Source of the DNA: an uncultured Gammaproteobacteria bacterium
Lineage (GTDB): Bacteria > Pseudomonadota > Gammaproteobacteria > DRJJ01
Length of the DNA stretch: 64,000 bases
Direction: 5' to 3'
Assembly: GCA_947258795.1 (NCBI GenBank)
Contig: CAMYJU010000009.1
Coordinates: 37,407-101,406 of the forward strand
Both the position numbers and the translations under genes were made by a program. Positions 1-10,199 of the stretch are shown piece after piece. How positions within the stretch are numbered: the first letter of the stretch is position 1; every line of letters starts with the position of its first letter. The notes under the pieces are model-generated. The model was given only the letters and a program-made list of their open reading frames with translations. It did not search any database and had not been told where the DNA came from.

Positions 1-1352
1 TCAAGTGCACCGAAATCGATTAACAGCTTCTTCCACGCCTCCACTGCCTGGTATTCATCACTGCACAGGGTTCTGCCACAGGCCCAGCCTGCTACCGTCA
101 GGCACTTGCCAAACCAGACCGCCCAGGCATTGGCACCGGCCTGCTCTGGTATTGTCTTATATAACTCGAGCAGGCCGGCTATGCGTCGCGACAATTCAGA
201 CAGGGTTTCGGTAGCAGGCCCCTCTTCCGCATCATCCCGCTGTGCCACGCCCCGGTATCTGCCAATCTGGTAGGCCAGTGCCGACAGGGAAAGCCAGGGT
301 TCTCCGGACTGGCGCAATTGCACATCCAGCATGCAGCGATCGCTGAACTCTTCGACTGCGCCGGCAATATACGGTGTTCGCAATAACGCGCCGGTATCGC
401 GAACCTCAATCCGGTTAACCACCAGGTCCAGCAGCCTGAACGCAATTCGGATGACAGGATATGCCGCCAGTGGCTGACCAAGTGAAAAATTCCATGGCAC
501 CGATTGCATCTGTTGACCGGGAACCTGTACATCCGGCACCAGCACCCGGGTCAGCTTGTCGGTCAGCATGCTACGAACAGCGGACTGGTCCGGCACAATA
601 ATACCAATCCGGGCATCAGGATTCCGGTCCAGACAATGCCTGGTCCAGCGCACGACCGCCTCGGTCTCCGCACGGCTGTCTTTCGCCGTAAAGCGGCCGA
701 TCCTGGCGGGTGGTTGGTTAAGGTCCAGGTTACGTAGCGTGACCCCCGCCGCTGACAGGCTCTGCTGCAATTCCGTCAACACCGGGCTGAGTTCTTCAAA
801 ACCGGCCCAGACCAGATCCTTCGCAGGCAGTGGATAATCTCGCCTGAACCGCTCAATCAGGCGGCCGGGTATCTCGCATTCACTGATCCAGTGACGGGCA
901 TGACACTGTTGTTCAAACGTCTCTGCCCAGACTGAAAATGCCTGGCTATCCTCATTAACAGAAAACGTTGCCTGTTCTCGGCGCAGACGCCAGTCCAGCA
1001 TCAGCTGCCAGGCATCACGCGCCTTGCGCGCAGTGGCCTGTGTGCGTAATAGAGATTCGGGATGCTGACTGACAATCTCATACCAGAGATGCAGTTCCTG
1101 GTCCTGACTCAGCAGTACCGGCGGATTCGGTAACTCCCCCGCCATCAGCAGGTCTTCCCAGGTCCGCCTCAGCCAGGACCTGACTGACAGGATGTCAGGC
1201 GTCTGCCAGGCCAGTTGACCACCGCGCAACTGATGCTGGTCATAGTCTGCAAGAATGGAACGTGCCAGACGACTGTTTCCGGTAATCAGCGTCGCGTCTT
1301 TACCGATTTCCGATATCAGTTCATTACGGCTGATAGCCTGCTGTTCAATCAT
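1..1352 (-). CDS. AddB-like / PD-(D/E)XK-family probable DNA repair protein (5' part; runs off the window)
   Basis: Not in the ORF track because no stop lies in the window. Manual translation from ATG at 1352 gives MIEQQAISRNELISEIGKDATLITGNSRLARS...AWQTPDILS..., and the same frame reads DEYQAVEAWKKLLIDFGAL at the window edge. These motifs are typical of proteobacterial AddB-like proteins. Confidence 0.8.
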   Translation of the reverse strand, partial: MIEQQAISRNELISEIGKDATLITGNSRLARSILADYDQHQLRGGQLAWQTPDILSVRSWLRRTWEDLLMAGELPNPPVLLSQDQELHLWYEIVSQHPESLLRTQATARKARDAWQLMLDWRLRREQATFSVNEDSQAFSVWAETFEQQCHARHWISECEIPGRLIERFRRDYPLPAKDLVWAGFEELSPVLTELQQSLSAAGVTLRNLDLNQPPARIGRFTAKDSRAETEAVVRWTRHCLDRNPDARIGIIVPDQSAVRSMLTDKLTRVLVPDVQVPGQQMQSVPWNFSLGQPLAAYPVIRIAFRLLDLVVNRIEVRDTGALLRTPYIAGAVEEFSDRCMLDVQLRQSGEPWLSLSALAYQIGRYRGVAQRDDAEEGPATETLSELSRRIAGLLELYKTIPEQAGANAWAVWFGKCLTVAGWACGRTLCSDEYQAVEAWKKLLIDFGAL

Positions 1353-1552
1353 CTGCTGTCAGGAGTGGCAAGTCTTGTAGGTTAATTTATCCGTTAGTTG
1401 TTCCCATCATACACGTCACCGATGCAGGCATGCCACTGGCAACAAAAACAACAGCAAAAACCGGCATCTATCCCTGGCCAGCTAGTCGCAGGGGCAGACG
1501 CTGAAGGGTGCGGGTGCGGGTGCGCATGGCCAAACCGGGGCCAGGCGATCGA

Positions 1553-1667
1553 CTAGCTGCGTCGCGGGTGCTTGCTCAGTTTTCGCTGCAACGTGCGGCG
1601 ATGCATACCCAGTGCTCATGCTGACGCGGAGATATTGCTATCATGTTCTGACAGGACGATATTGATA
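1553..1667 (-). pseudogene. regA: RegA/PrrA/ActR response-regulator C-terminal HTH remnant
   Basis: Reads INIVLSEHDSNISASA*ALGMHRRTLQRKLSKHPRRS*, matching the RegA HTH (NISATARALGMHRRTLQRKL). There is an in-frame TGA at 1616-1618 and no receiver domain. Confidence 0.8.
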
Positions 1668-1760
1668 CCAGCTAATCGAAGGCGAGATGGACGAAGCCGC
1701 AAGCGGACTCTCCGGACGCGTAATGCAAAATAACCCTGCGTCACCGTATACAACTCCACT

Positions 1761-1916
1761 ATGGGACACAGACAATTCAGGGAAAACCCAGCTCATTTAA
1801 TCGGCAGAGACGGAAAGTTTATCGCCCGATTTGTCGGTGCCAGAGACTGGCCAGCAAAGGCAATTAAACAGTACATCGAATCAATTTTAAATAATAATGC
1901 TCCTGCATCAGAGTAA
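1761..1916 (+). pseudogene. TlpA-like thioredoxin C-terminal remnant
   Basis: ...HLIGRDGKFIARFVGARDWPAKAIKQYIESIL... resembles the TlpA C-terminus (LIDRDGKIVARFVGARDW). The CxxC-bearing N-terminus is missing. Confidence 0.6.
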
Positions 1917-1962
1917 GAGCGAATACTGGCACAGTACATCTGCGACTATGAAATCCTCGATC

Positions 1963-3846
1963 TTACAAAAGCGGTTCCGCGACGCCACCAAAACCACTTA
2001 TCAACAAAGTCTGAATCGATTTTATAGGGGCGCCCACTTCTGGAAACTGCCCGACATTCGTGTAATGTTCATAAAAGTCTGCATGGCCAAGAGGTAACGG
2101 CGCCATCCCTTCGCCTAGTGCATAGTTAGAGGTGTAGCGGAACGGCCAGATATCAAATACGGGCAGCATACGGGAAATTGTCGCGAGCACTTCACTAACA
2201 TGGCCAAGCAACGGTACTTTTTGTCTGCGTGCTGAGATCCAACTATTTTGCGGTTCTGTGTGGCGCTTGATACTTTTCACTATCGCATTGGCAAATTTTT
2301 CGTCAAGCACGGTTAAAGTCAGTTCGGTATTAATCATGGCCGATCGAGGATCGAAATTGTGTGACCCAATAACTGCCACCTTACCATCAATGACAATAGA
2401 CTTGGCATGGATCCCAATCCGCGATTGTGGGGTTTTTAAAGGCAATGGCTCACCCGCCTCTATATGATCATAGTCGTCTGGCTTCTGGTAATTTTCCGTC
2501 AAAAGCGGGTATCTTGGTATAAATGTCTCAACATCACCAGGTACCGGCATAATTTCATGAATCTGTAATCCTAACTTCTTGATATAACGCTTTCTATGCT
2601 TCATCGTCAAGGCATAGACATAGAAGGCATCCGTCGCAGCCAGGCTATTGGTTGAAATAGTTACATTAAAGCCAGGGTTCTTGTCGCGCAGTGATTTGAT
2701 AACTTTCTGTGCTGGTTTACTCAATAATAAATACGGCGTCTGAATTAACAATGATTGATTCGCATTCTCGATGATAGCTTTAAGCGATTTGAATGAACCT
2801 GCAGTTACCGATTTACTGGTCAATTCATTTGGCTCTGATTCATTTGATTCCGATTCATTTACATTATCTTGTATAAAACCTTTACGTGGTATATCCGCAT
2901 CAAAGCTGATTTGATTTACCGGATAAATGGAATCTATAAATTTTTTCTGTATTAGTTTTTCATCAACAGCATTCGCAATCAGTTCTTTAAACACTGGCAG
3001 TTTAATATCGGATACAGAAATGGGTTCCAAGGGTTTCTGTTTTCCCTTATCAAACAATTGAGCACTAATATCGCTATGCTGATCCAGACTCACTGTAATC
3101 GGATCATGCCAATATTGTTCAAATGATTCTTTCATATCAATTGCAACAGGCCCCACTACTATTACATCACGATCGATAAAATTATATTCAGTATCCCTGT
3201 CATAATATTTATTCTCTATATTTCGTCCCCCTACGATACCAATGCGCTCATCAAACAGCATAAGTTTGTTATGCATTCGTCTATTCGCAACACTAAAGTC
3301 AACCATAAACCCTTGTATTATTTGCGCTTTGGTTGCTGTCGCTTTACCCAATAAGGGATTAAATAGTTTAAATTTAAGGTTTTCATGGGTGATAGCCAAT
3401 CTTGCCCCCAATACCGGATCACTAACCGATGATAGCTGGTCAACTATCATTCTAACCTTGACACCACGTTGTGCTGCGGCAATCAGCTCCCTCAATATCA
3501 GGCGACCCGCTTCATCATCTGCCCAAATGAATGTTTGAATATTAATTGACTTACGGGCTGCGCGAATAAGGTGAACACGTAATTCGAGCGCATCATCACC
3601 TATATCCACTATATTCACATACTGGGTTGATGAACCGTTATCAGCTTCAGAGAAAGCCTGATCAGCCAGTTTATGCAGAGGAGACGAAATACTGCAGCGA
3701 TTTGGGTCACTTTCAGGGCAAGTCAATCCTGCATATGCGACCGGTATGGGTTGCGCTGGTGGTGGTGTGTAGCTGACTGGCGCAGTCGCACAGCCATTTA
3801 AAAGAAAATAGCCTAACAAAACGCTTATTCGCAGAATAGCTGACAT
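1963..3846 (-). CDS. Phospholipase D family lipoprotein (ClsC/YmdC-like)
   Basis: Two HKD motifs (HNKLMLFD...GGRN; HAKSIVID...GSHNFDPRS) and a lipobox LLNGC. Confidence 0.9.
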   Translation of the reverse strand: MSAILRISVLLGYFLLNGCATAPVSYTPPPAQPIPVAYAGLTCPESDPNRCSISSPLHKLADQAFSEADNGSSTQYVNIVDIGDDALELRVHLIRAARKSINIQTFIWADDEAGRLILRELIAAAQRGVKVRMIVDQLSSVSDPVLGARLAITHENLKFKLFNPLLGKATATKAQIIQGFMVDFSVANRRMHNKLMLFDERIGIVGGRNIENKYYDRDTEYNFIDRDVIVVGPVAIDMKESFEQYWHDPITVSLDQHSDISAQLFDKGKQKPLEPISVSDIKLPVFKELIANAVDEKLIQKKFIDSIYPVNQISFDADIPRKGFIQDNVNESESNESEPNELTSKSVTAGSFKSLKAIIENANQSLLIQTPYLLLSKPAQKVIKSLRDKNPGFNVTISTNSLAATDAFYVYALTMKHRKRYIKKLGLQIHEIMPVPGDVETFIPRYPLLTENYQKPDDYDHIEAGEPLPLKTPQSRIGIHAKSIVIDGKVAVIGSHNFDPRSAMINTELTLTVLDEKFANAIVKSIKRHTEPQNSWISARRQKVPLLGHVSEVLATISRMLPVFDIWPFRYTSNYALGEGMAPLPLGHADFYEHYTNVGQFPEVGAPIKSIQTLLISGFGGVAEPLL

Positions 3847-3892
3847 AGCCCCTTCTCGTAGCTTCTATTCGATAGTGTGAATATACACTCAA

Positions 3893-4642
3893 CTAGTTAC
3901 TTTCTTGTTTTTCTTGTTTGGCTTGTTTAATTCCGTGCCATTCATCAAGGCGATTGCGAAAACGAGATGCCCAGGTGCGAAATGCTGCTTTGGTGTGACT
4001 CCAGCGGGTATAGCCGCCAGTTGGTCCTACGCGGGTGCCAACACGACGATCGACCATTGCGGCGAGGCGCTCACCCGTAGATGTATCAACCAACTCACCC
4101 TCCAGTGCGGCTGCACCAACATCCAGGTTTATACTGAGTAGAAGTTTCACAGCAGCATTGCCAGAACTGACCGGATCTACGTCAGTAATCGCGGTACGTA
4201 CACGTAAAACGCCTGGCCCTGGCTCGTTCACCACTTCGTATTGTTCATCTATACTTTGAATCAACGCATTGCGAAGATAATCAGCCAGTTCCTTCATATC
4301 ATCGGCATTAATAGCAACCGTTTCACCTTCCGAGGCAGATCCGGGCTTCAGATATATAAGAGGCTGATCAATAATAAAGCGTTTATAATTGCCAAATTGA
4401 GCATCGGACTTTAACCACAGATAGGCCGCCTTACCATTACCACCTGGCTTAAGTTGTGAATAGTCTTCCAGAAAGCCAGAGAAACTGATTTCATCCAGAT
4501 CTGCAGGTTTATTGTCTGCCATTACATCAGAAACTAGCCCACTACTATCCTTTTCACTTTCTTCTTCCGCCGATACATACACCGGATACGCCATCATTAG
4601 CAGTACAACCATGATCAAGTTAGTCGATAGAGTAAATTTCAT
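3893..4642 (-). CDS. DUF3313 family periplasmic protein
   Basis: Motifs SGFLEDYSQL, PGPGVLRVRTAITDV and EGELVDTSTGERLAAMVD; Sec signal; RBS AAGGAG. Confidence 0.8.
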   Translation of the reverse strand: MKFTLSTNLIMVVLLMMAYPVYVSAEEESEKDSSGLVSDVMADNKPADLDEISFSGFLEDYSQLKPGGNGKAAYLWLKSDAQFGNYKRFIIDQPLIYLKPGSASEGETVAINADDMKELADYLRNALIQSIDEQYEVVNEPGPGVLRVRTAITDVDPVSSGNAAVKLLLSINLDVGAAALEGELVDTSTGERLAAMVDRRVGTRVGPTGGYTRWSHTKAAFRTWASRFRNRLDEWHGIKQAKQEKQESN

Positions 4643-4731
4643 ACTATTCTCCTTTATAGTCTGATTTTACTAAATACTAATATTACCAGCTGGTTACTGG
4701 TATCACAGTATAAACAAAATTCTAGCGGGCA

Positions 4732-7700
4732 CTATTCTGATGCATCCGGCTGCTCACGGAAAGGTCTTTTAATAGTTCTGAATATACCCATTGGTAAGTC
4801 ACGGATACTAAATTGGGTCTCTCCTTCCGCTTCAGCTGTCTCGCGCTTGTCCAGCGCAGACACACACGGGTTTTGCTCACCTGTGCCTAAGTCACTATAC
4901 ATCAGAATCAAGGTTGCTGGACTGGCGAGTCCTGCGAGTATGCCTCCCAGGGTCCATTTATTACTAATCGATGTCCGCTCGTACACAGGTTCAGCCAAAG
5001 TACCACTTACCTTAGCCGGGTGTGCCAGGCTCACAAAACTCGGATTTTTCGGGGCCGGGTGGAATATGGCATTAATCTCCTCTGTATCGAGATTAAGCGT
5101 ACCACTACCGGCAACTGTAATGCGCATGGTATCTAACAATACTGAATCAGTGCTGACGATACCGTCCTTTATATCAAAATACCCCACGACACAGTTAGTA
5201 GTTGTGACCCTTTCCTGTTCCCAGGCCTGAGACAGCATGGTAGTCATGACATCTGCTGCCCACAAATCTATCTTGGTACCAGAGATCTTTCCAGGACCGG
5301 CTACGACATTAATCTCACCATTGCTACTGCTAAAAAGCTCATGCAGTGTAGCCCCTTCGCCTTTGAGATCCAGATCAAAATTGCCTTTTCCTTCAATCTG
5401 CTCTGTGATACCCAGTGACTGAAGCAACTGACCATGATCCAATTCCTCGCCATAACTCTTGAGATGAACTGTTGGGATCATATCTATCACATTGATATCC
5501 AATTGTGTAGTGATTGGTGAATCGAGCAGTCTTGCGCTAAATGGGTCTAGCTTCAGATGGCCATTGTTCAACGATGCCTGTAACACAAATTGGTCATATT
5601 TTACAGTACCGATAAAAAGCTGCTCTGCCTGTAGATTCAGGCTGACATCAACGACACGTAATAATTCAACAGGTATTTCATTATCAGGGAGTAATCGTTT
5701 CGGCTTCGCTGGATCTTGCGACTTGACTTTCTTGGCAAAGATATCTTGATAATATAATTTTTTGGATTTTAGGTCAGCCTCGATCAGTGTGCGCTGATCC
5801 TTAGTGGATATAGTCATATCGCCGGCAAGGTCAGTATTAGCGATCGTGCCGGTCAATGAGGATAGATGATAGCGTGGGGTATTACCTGATAATTGGCCCT
5901 TAATATGGTAGGGACCAATTCTCAATAAATTCTTTGCCAGTATCGGTTCAAGCGCTTCAAGCTGTTTTCCCCTTATATCAACATCAAGTTTAAGCCCCAT
6001 GTCTTTTAGTGGAGATTCGATAGATCCATTTGCTTTTACAAATGTTTCGGATACATCAAGACTCATGTCAATGGGGATGGATTTTGTTTCTGAAATCAAC
6101 TCTACCAAGCGCTCGGTCGTTAGCGCGAACCTAAAGGGGGTATCGTTTAATTTACCATGGGTAGTGATATTAAGCGGTTGCTGAGCTTTAGATTCCGCAG
6201 TCAATTTTGAAAAAATCACTTTGGGCTGCCTGGGCTTTTTGTTCTCGAAGTTGAGCGATGCTGTTCCACTCGATAGATGCATATCACCTTGCTCAAGCAA
6301 ATCACGCACTGTCAGGCCACGCCCTCGCATTCCTAATTTCAAATTACGAAAATAACCACTCACAATCGCATCATCGTTCCATGTTTTAGTCAGCTTAGCA
6401 ATATCGAGTTTTTTACTAGACAGGTTGATTGTGATTTGTTGAGACTGCTGTTGTAAAAGAAACTCAAGATCACCCGTGACAATGGCGCCTGGTATCGTGG
6501 CAGAGAAGGTAGAAATCCTTGATCGACTATGCCGAAACTTGCCGGAAAGACCGATATTAGCTACTGGAAAGGGTGCACCAAGCAGCTTGCCAAGCTGAAG
6601 ATCAAGATCAAACTGATAGCTTTCTGGAAACATAAATGGTAATTTCATATCCAGACGATCTATTTTTTGAGTTGGATCTTGCTTTTTAGTCGCCTTTGGA
6701 ATCCAGGCTGCTAGGTCCAGCATATTTACAGCTAGTTTTGCAGCTATGCGCGGCTTTGGATCAGATTGGCGAAATGATAGCTCACCCTTCACACTTGACT
6801 TGCCAACTTTCGCATCGGGAATAGCTAACTTATATGCATCCCTGTTACCCGTGATTTTCGCTGACAACTTATAGGCACCGACGGACGGGATCAGATGTGT
6901 GGACAGTAATGGCAATTTGCTAAGCTGCTTACCCTGAACGGATATATCCATATCAACACCATCACCTGTCAACGGGTGAAGTATCATACCCTCCCCTTCT
7001 AGGGTAGCATCAGTCATCGACATTGCCACTTTCACTGGCCATGGCTTGTCATTCAATAAATCATCCAAGCTACCGCCCTCTACGCTGGTTGTAATCACAT
7101 TGTCTGCATATTGACCTGACAAATTGACTAAAACAGGCTTTACACGTCCTGCCGTTAATTGCCCATCAGTAATATTAAATTGCAGATACGCTTGTTCAGC
7201 ATCCAGTTTAATATTGGTCTTACTAAGTATGATTTCATCTGCGTTTGCACTGATGTTGGCGGATGCTGTATATGGTCCTGCTGTGGGTAGCTGCATATCA
7301 ATAATATTACCAATGGATGCAAACTGTTTGCCTTGAATACTGATTTCCCCCTCGAGACGAGGTATTTCTCGTTTTCTGTCAATACTACCTTTAAACTCAG
7401 ATACCATATCGGCAACTGATATCGATAACCGATACGGCCATAATGATTTAGCGGACATCAAATCATTCAGAGGGTCACCAACTAACGCAATCGTTACAGG
7501 TTCCTCCCTATATCTCGCTTCCACCTGAATCAATACAGGTTCTGCTGCCAAAATCTTAGCGTCGACCTTCTTAATTGATAGTGAAAAATCTGATACAATA
7601 CTGCCACGATAGCTTAACTGTGAGTCGTATACAGTAATTGTTTCGAGATCAGGTATCGTGACGGCCTTGTCCTGATCACCGAATTGCCAGTTCCCTCTCC

Positions 7701-8067
7701 CATCCGGTCCAATTTCGAACAGAATATCAGCCTGTTGCATTTCAAACCTGGGTATCTGTAGTTGGCCTTTTAATAACGGAATCAGTGCTACATTCAGTTC
7801 CACCCGTCCTGCCCTAAGCAGGTGTTTCCTTGACGCCCAGTTTGGATTGGCAATCGCAGCATCCTCAACCACAATCGTCGGTACTAATGAAAGGCCTAAT
7901 GAAATATTGCCTTCAAATGTGACTGGCCGGCCCAGGGTTTTACTCGCATACGCCTGCAACTGATCACGGTAGGTGTTTGCGTCAAAGGTCAACACAATAA
8001 TCGTAAGCACGAGTAAGACAAGTACTATAACAATGACCGACCAACGAATAATCTGTCTTATATACAC
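4732..8067 (-). CDS. Long AsmA-family protein
   Basis: N-terminal TM followed by FDANTYRDQL...LGRPV...NPNWA; C-terminal NCVVGYFDIKDG...LLDT...GTLAEP. GTG start. Confidence 0.85.
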   Translation of the reverse strand: MYIRQIIRWSVIVIVLVLLVLTIIVLTFDANTYRDQLQAYASKTLGRPVTFEGNISLGLSLVPTIVVEDAAIANPNWASRKHLLRAGRVELNVALIPLLKGQLQIPRFEMQQADILFEIGPDGRGNWQFGDQDKAVTIPDLETITVYDSQLSYRGSIVSDFSLSIKKVDAKILAAEPVLIQVEARYREEPVTIALVGDPLNDLMSAKSLWPYRLSISVADMVSEFKGSIDRKREIPRLEGEISIQGKQFASIGNIIDMQLPTAGPYTASANISANADEIILSKTNIKLDAEQAYLQFNITDGQLTAGRVKPVLVNLSGQYADNVITTSVEGGSLDDLLNDKPWPVKVAMSMTDATLEGEGMILHPLTGDGVDMDISVQGKQLSKLPLLSTHLIPSVGAYKLSAKITGNRDAYKLAIPDAKVGKSSVKGELSFRQSDPKPRIAAKLAVNMLDLAAWIPKATKKQDPTQKIDRLDMKLPFMFPESYQFDLDLQLGKLLGAPFPVANIGLSGKFRHSRSRISTFSATIPGAIVTGDLEFLLQQQSQQITINLSSKKLDIAKLTKTWNDDAIVSGYFRNLKLGMRGRGLTVRDLLEQGDMHLSSGTASLNFENKKPRQPKVIFSKLTAESKAQQPLNITTHGKLNDTPFRFALTTERLVELISETKSIPIDMSLDVSETFVKANGSIESPLKDMGLKLDVDIRGKQLEALEPILAKNLLRIGPYHIKGQLSGNTPRYHLSSLTGTIANTDLAGDMTISTKDQRTLIEADLKSKKLYYQDIFAKKVKSQDPAKPKRLLPDNEIPVELLRVVDVSLNLQAEQLFIGTVKYDQFVLQASLNNGHLKLDPFSARLLDSPITTQLDINVIDMIPTVHLKSYGEELDHGQLLQSLGITEQIEGKGNFDLDLKGEGATLHELFSSSNGEINVVAGPGKISGTKIDLWAADVMTTMLSQAWEQERVTTTNCVVGYFDIKDGIVSTDSVLLDTMRITVAGSGTLNLDTEEINAIFHPAPKNPSFVSLAHPAKVSGTLAEPVYERTSISNKWTLGGILAGLASPATLILMYSDLGTGEQNPCVSALDKRETAEAEGETQFSIRDLPMGIFRTIKRPFREQPDASE

Positions 8068-8312
8068 ATTATTTCCAGTACTAAAAAGAAGTGATTTAAT
8101 GTGCTCACGTGTTTAATTATGATATTAGCAATACTTCTTTAATGGCAGCTTATACAACATCTCCGATTTTAACCCGCATATGACTTCGCGCTGATTCATT
8201 ACGATCACTAACTGTTCTACTTTTTTGACAGCGATATCCATTTCATCTCTTCCTCGGTATTCAACACCCAATGCCAGGCATAATAAAATATTCCAGACGA
8301 TTGATTGTCCAT

Positions 8313-9641
8313 TTATAACATGCTATTGATATTATTGGTAAAATACCGATTCGTAATAGCTTCAAGCTCGTGTTTCAGACCCTCGTCATCCCGGTTAGCT
8401 ACTTCCTCATAACAACGTGGTGCGATAGTAAAGAATTTATCGATAAGTGCCGGATCAAAATGACTACCACGGCCTTCGCTAAGGATTTGCATCGTGTCAT
8501 CATATGAGAATGGCTGCTTATATGGACGTTGTGATGTCAGGGCGTCGAACACATCGGCAATCGCAAATATCCGCGCATTCAGGGGTTTGTTGTCTGCACT
8601 GATACCAGCCGGGTAACCACTACCATCATATTTCTCATGATGAGAAGCCACCACATCCGCTGCATCGCTCAACCAATCTGAACGTATAATGATATCTAAC
8701 CCATGTTGGACATGATTACGCATGACCTCGAATTCTTCCTCAGTGAGCTTGCCTTCCTTGAGTAAAATATAATCCGGGATACCGATCTTGCCAACATCAT
8801 GAAGAAAAGCACCCTTGATTAGAGACTGGATCGAGTTGGCATTCAAGCCGACGGCTTCCGCAAGACGAACCGCCATGATGGTAACGCGGTAATTATGGGC
8901 ATCCGTATCACTGTCGCGTTTGGCAATGGCACTGCCCAACACCTTCAGGGTTTCCAGATTGGAATCAAGTAAATTTAACGATAATTTCGTCAATCTGCGC
9001 ATCAAGCCAAGGATCACAGGGTATAATAATGCAGTGGTGATTAATACTATCACCACCACCGCCAGTACGGTGCGCATCACACGCCAGGCGACGGCAGTAA
9101 TTGCTTCATCAGAGACGGCAAAAACCCCATCCGCATAAGCAACGATATTACCTTCAATGTTACGGAGTGGGACTTTGACCTTGATATGCGGCCTGCCTTG
9201 CAGCCTGACAACCTCATAATCATTGTTATTACCAGGTGTTAGGCCATGACCTGATTCCTGTATAAATGATTTGACGGCATTCAATTCTGCATAGTTAGCG
9301 TCACTCTGTTTAACGATTTCATTACCTTCGGCATCGTAAACGATAATATAGACAAAATGCCCTGCCTTCATTCTTATACTACGCGCGGCGAAGGCCTCTA
9401 GTTCATTCTTTATACCGTCATGATCAGGCAGGCCAGGCTGGTTCAATATGTGACTGGCTTGAGTATTAAAATGGTTAGCACTTTGCAGGGCATACGCTAG
9501 TACATCCTCACCAACTTTGCCACGTTCGGTGAAAATGACAATCAGGGACAGAACGACGATGATTGCCAACGCGGCGAACATCAACCGCCTGATTAATAGT
9601 CTATGGATTGACGACTTTTGAAATGTTGTTTTATCTGATAT
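8313..9641 (-). CDS. Membrane-anchored HD-GYP c-di-GMP phosphodiesterase
   Basis: Two TMs around a periplasmic domain; HDVGKIGIPD and HHEKYDGSGYP motifs. The track start is TTG at 9584, but an in-frame ATA at 9641 sits 7 nt after AAGGAG. Confidence 0.85.
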   Translation of the reverse strand: MSDKTTFQKSSIHRLLIRRLMFAALAIIVVLSLIVIFTERGKVGEDVLAYALQSANHFNTQASHILNQPGLPDHDGIKNELEAFAARSIRMKAGHFVYIIVYDAEGNEIVKQSDANYAELNAVKSFIQESGHGLTPGNNNDYEVVRLQGRPHIKVKVPLRNIEGNIVAYADGVFAVSDEAITAVAWRVMRTVLAVVVIVLITTALLYPVILGLMRRLTKLSLNLLDSNLETLKVLGSAIAKRDSDTDAHNYRVTIMAVRLAEAVGLNANSIQSLIKGAFLHDVGKIGIPDYILLKEGKLTEEEFEVMRNHVQHGLDIIIRSDWLSDAADVVASHHEKYDGSGYPAGISADNKPLNARIFAIADVFDALTSQRPYKQPFSYDDTMQILSEGRGSHFDPALIDKFFTIAPRCYEEVANRDDEGLKHELEAITNRYFTNNINSML

Positions 9642-9681
9642 TTTTACTCTCCTTGAAAACGTGAACTCAGAAACCTATTTT

Positions 9682-9942
9682 CTAACGGTCCTGTGACAGA
9701 CATTCTGCCTTATATCTTTCATGAGCTGCAGATCGACGTTGTGGTTTACCTTTCAAGCTTTGGTATTTACGATATAATTTCTTACAATATTCACGCTGCT
9801 GCTCAGACTCTAAGTTGTTAGTATTTGCATCCCCGGTTATATCCGTACGTTTATCTTCAAACATGATTGACTCGGCTGCATTGGTGCTAGCGATCATTAG
9901 TAATGTGAACACCAACGTAGTCAATAATGCAATATACTTCAT
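9682..9942 (-). CDS. Small secreted protein with a Cys pair
   Basis: Signal-peptide-like MKYIALLTTLVFTLLMIASTNA; C...GKPQRRSAAHERYKAEC. Confidence 0.6.
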   Translation of the reverse strand: MKYIALLTTLVFTLLMIASTNAAESIMFEDKRTDITGDANTNNLESEQQREYCKKLYRKYQSLKGKPQRRSAAHERYKAECLSQDR

Positions 9943-10199
9943 ACTGCCCCCATATACTCTTAACAATTTCACTATTACTATCAAACTATATTCAAACTAA
10001 AACACATCATACTGTGATACAGAATATTGCCTGTGGGAACACATATAATCATTATTCTTGTTCCCACAGGCTTACTGATCAGCATTGGCACAATCAATCT
10101 AGCTTAATCCACCCATCGCTGATTGAACTGATATATTACTCATTTATATCGACTTGTAACATAAATATTATCAAGACACTTCAAACAAACTGATCTCTA

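Noticed and set aside
5-837. Short ORFs listed by the track at the window start
   Set aside because: They overlap the real minus-strand AddB-like gene, which the track missed.
1483-1505. Possible degenerate att copy of the tRNA-fMet 3' end (TAGTCGCAGGGGCAGACGCTGAA)
   Set aside because: Only 15 of 23 positions match; too weak to call without an empty-site comparison.
1616-1618. In-frame TGA as possible selenocysteine or readthrough
   Set aside because: It aligns to Arg rather than Cys in a 5'-truncated gene, so it is a simple nonsense mutation.
2823-2860. 15-bp tandem repeat inside the PLD gene
   Set aside because: In-frame low-complexity linker (NESESNESEPNE); not a CRISPR or phase-variation tract.
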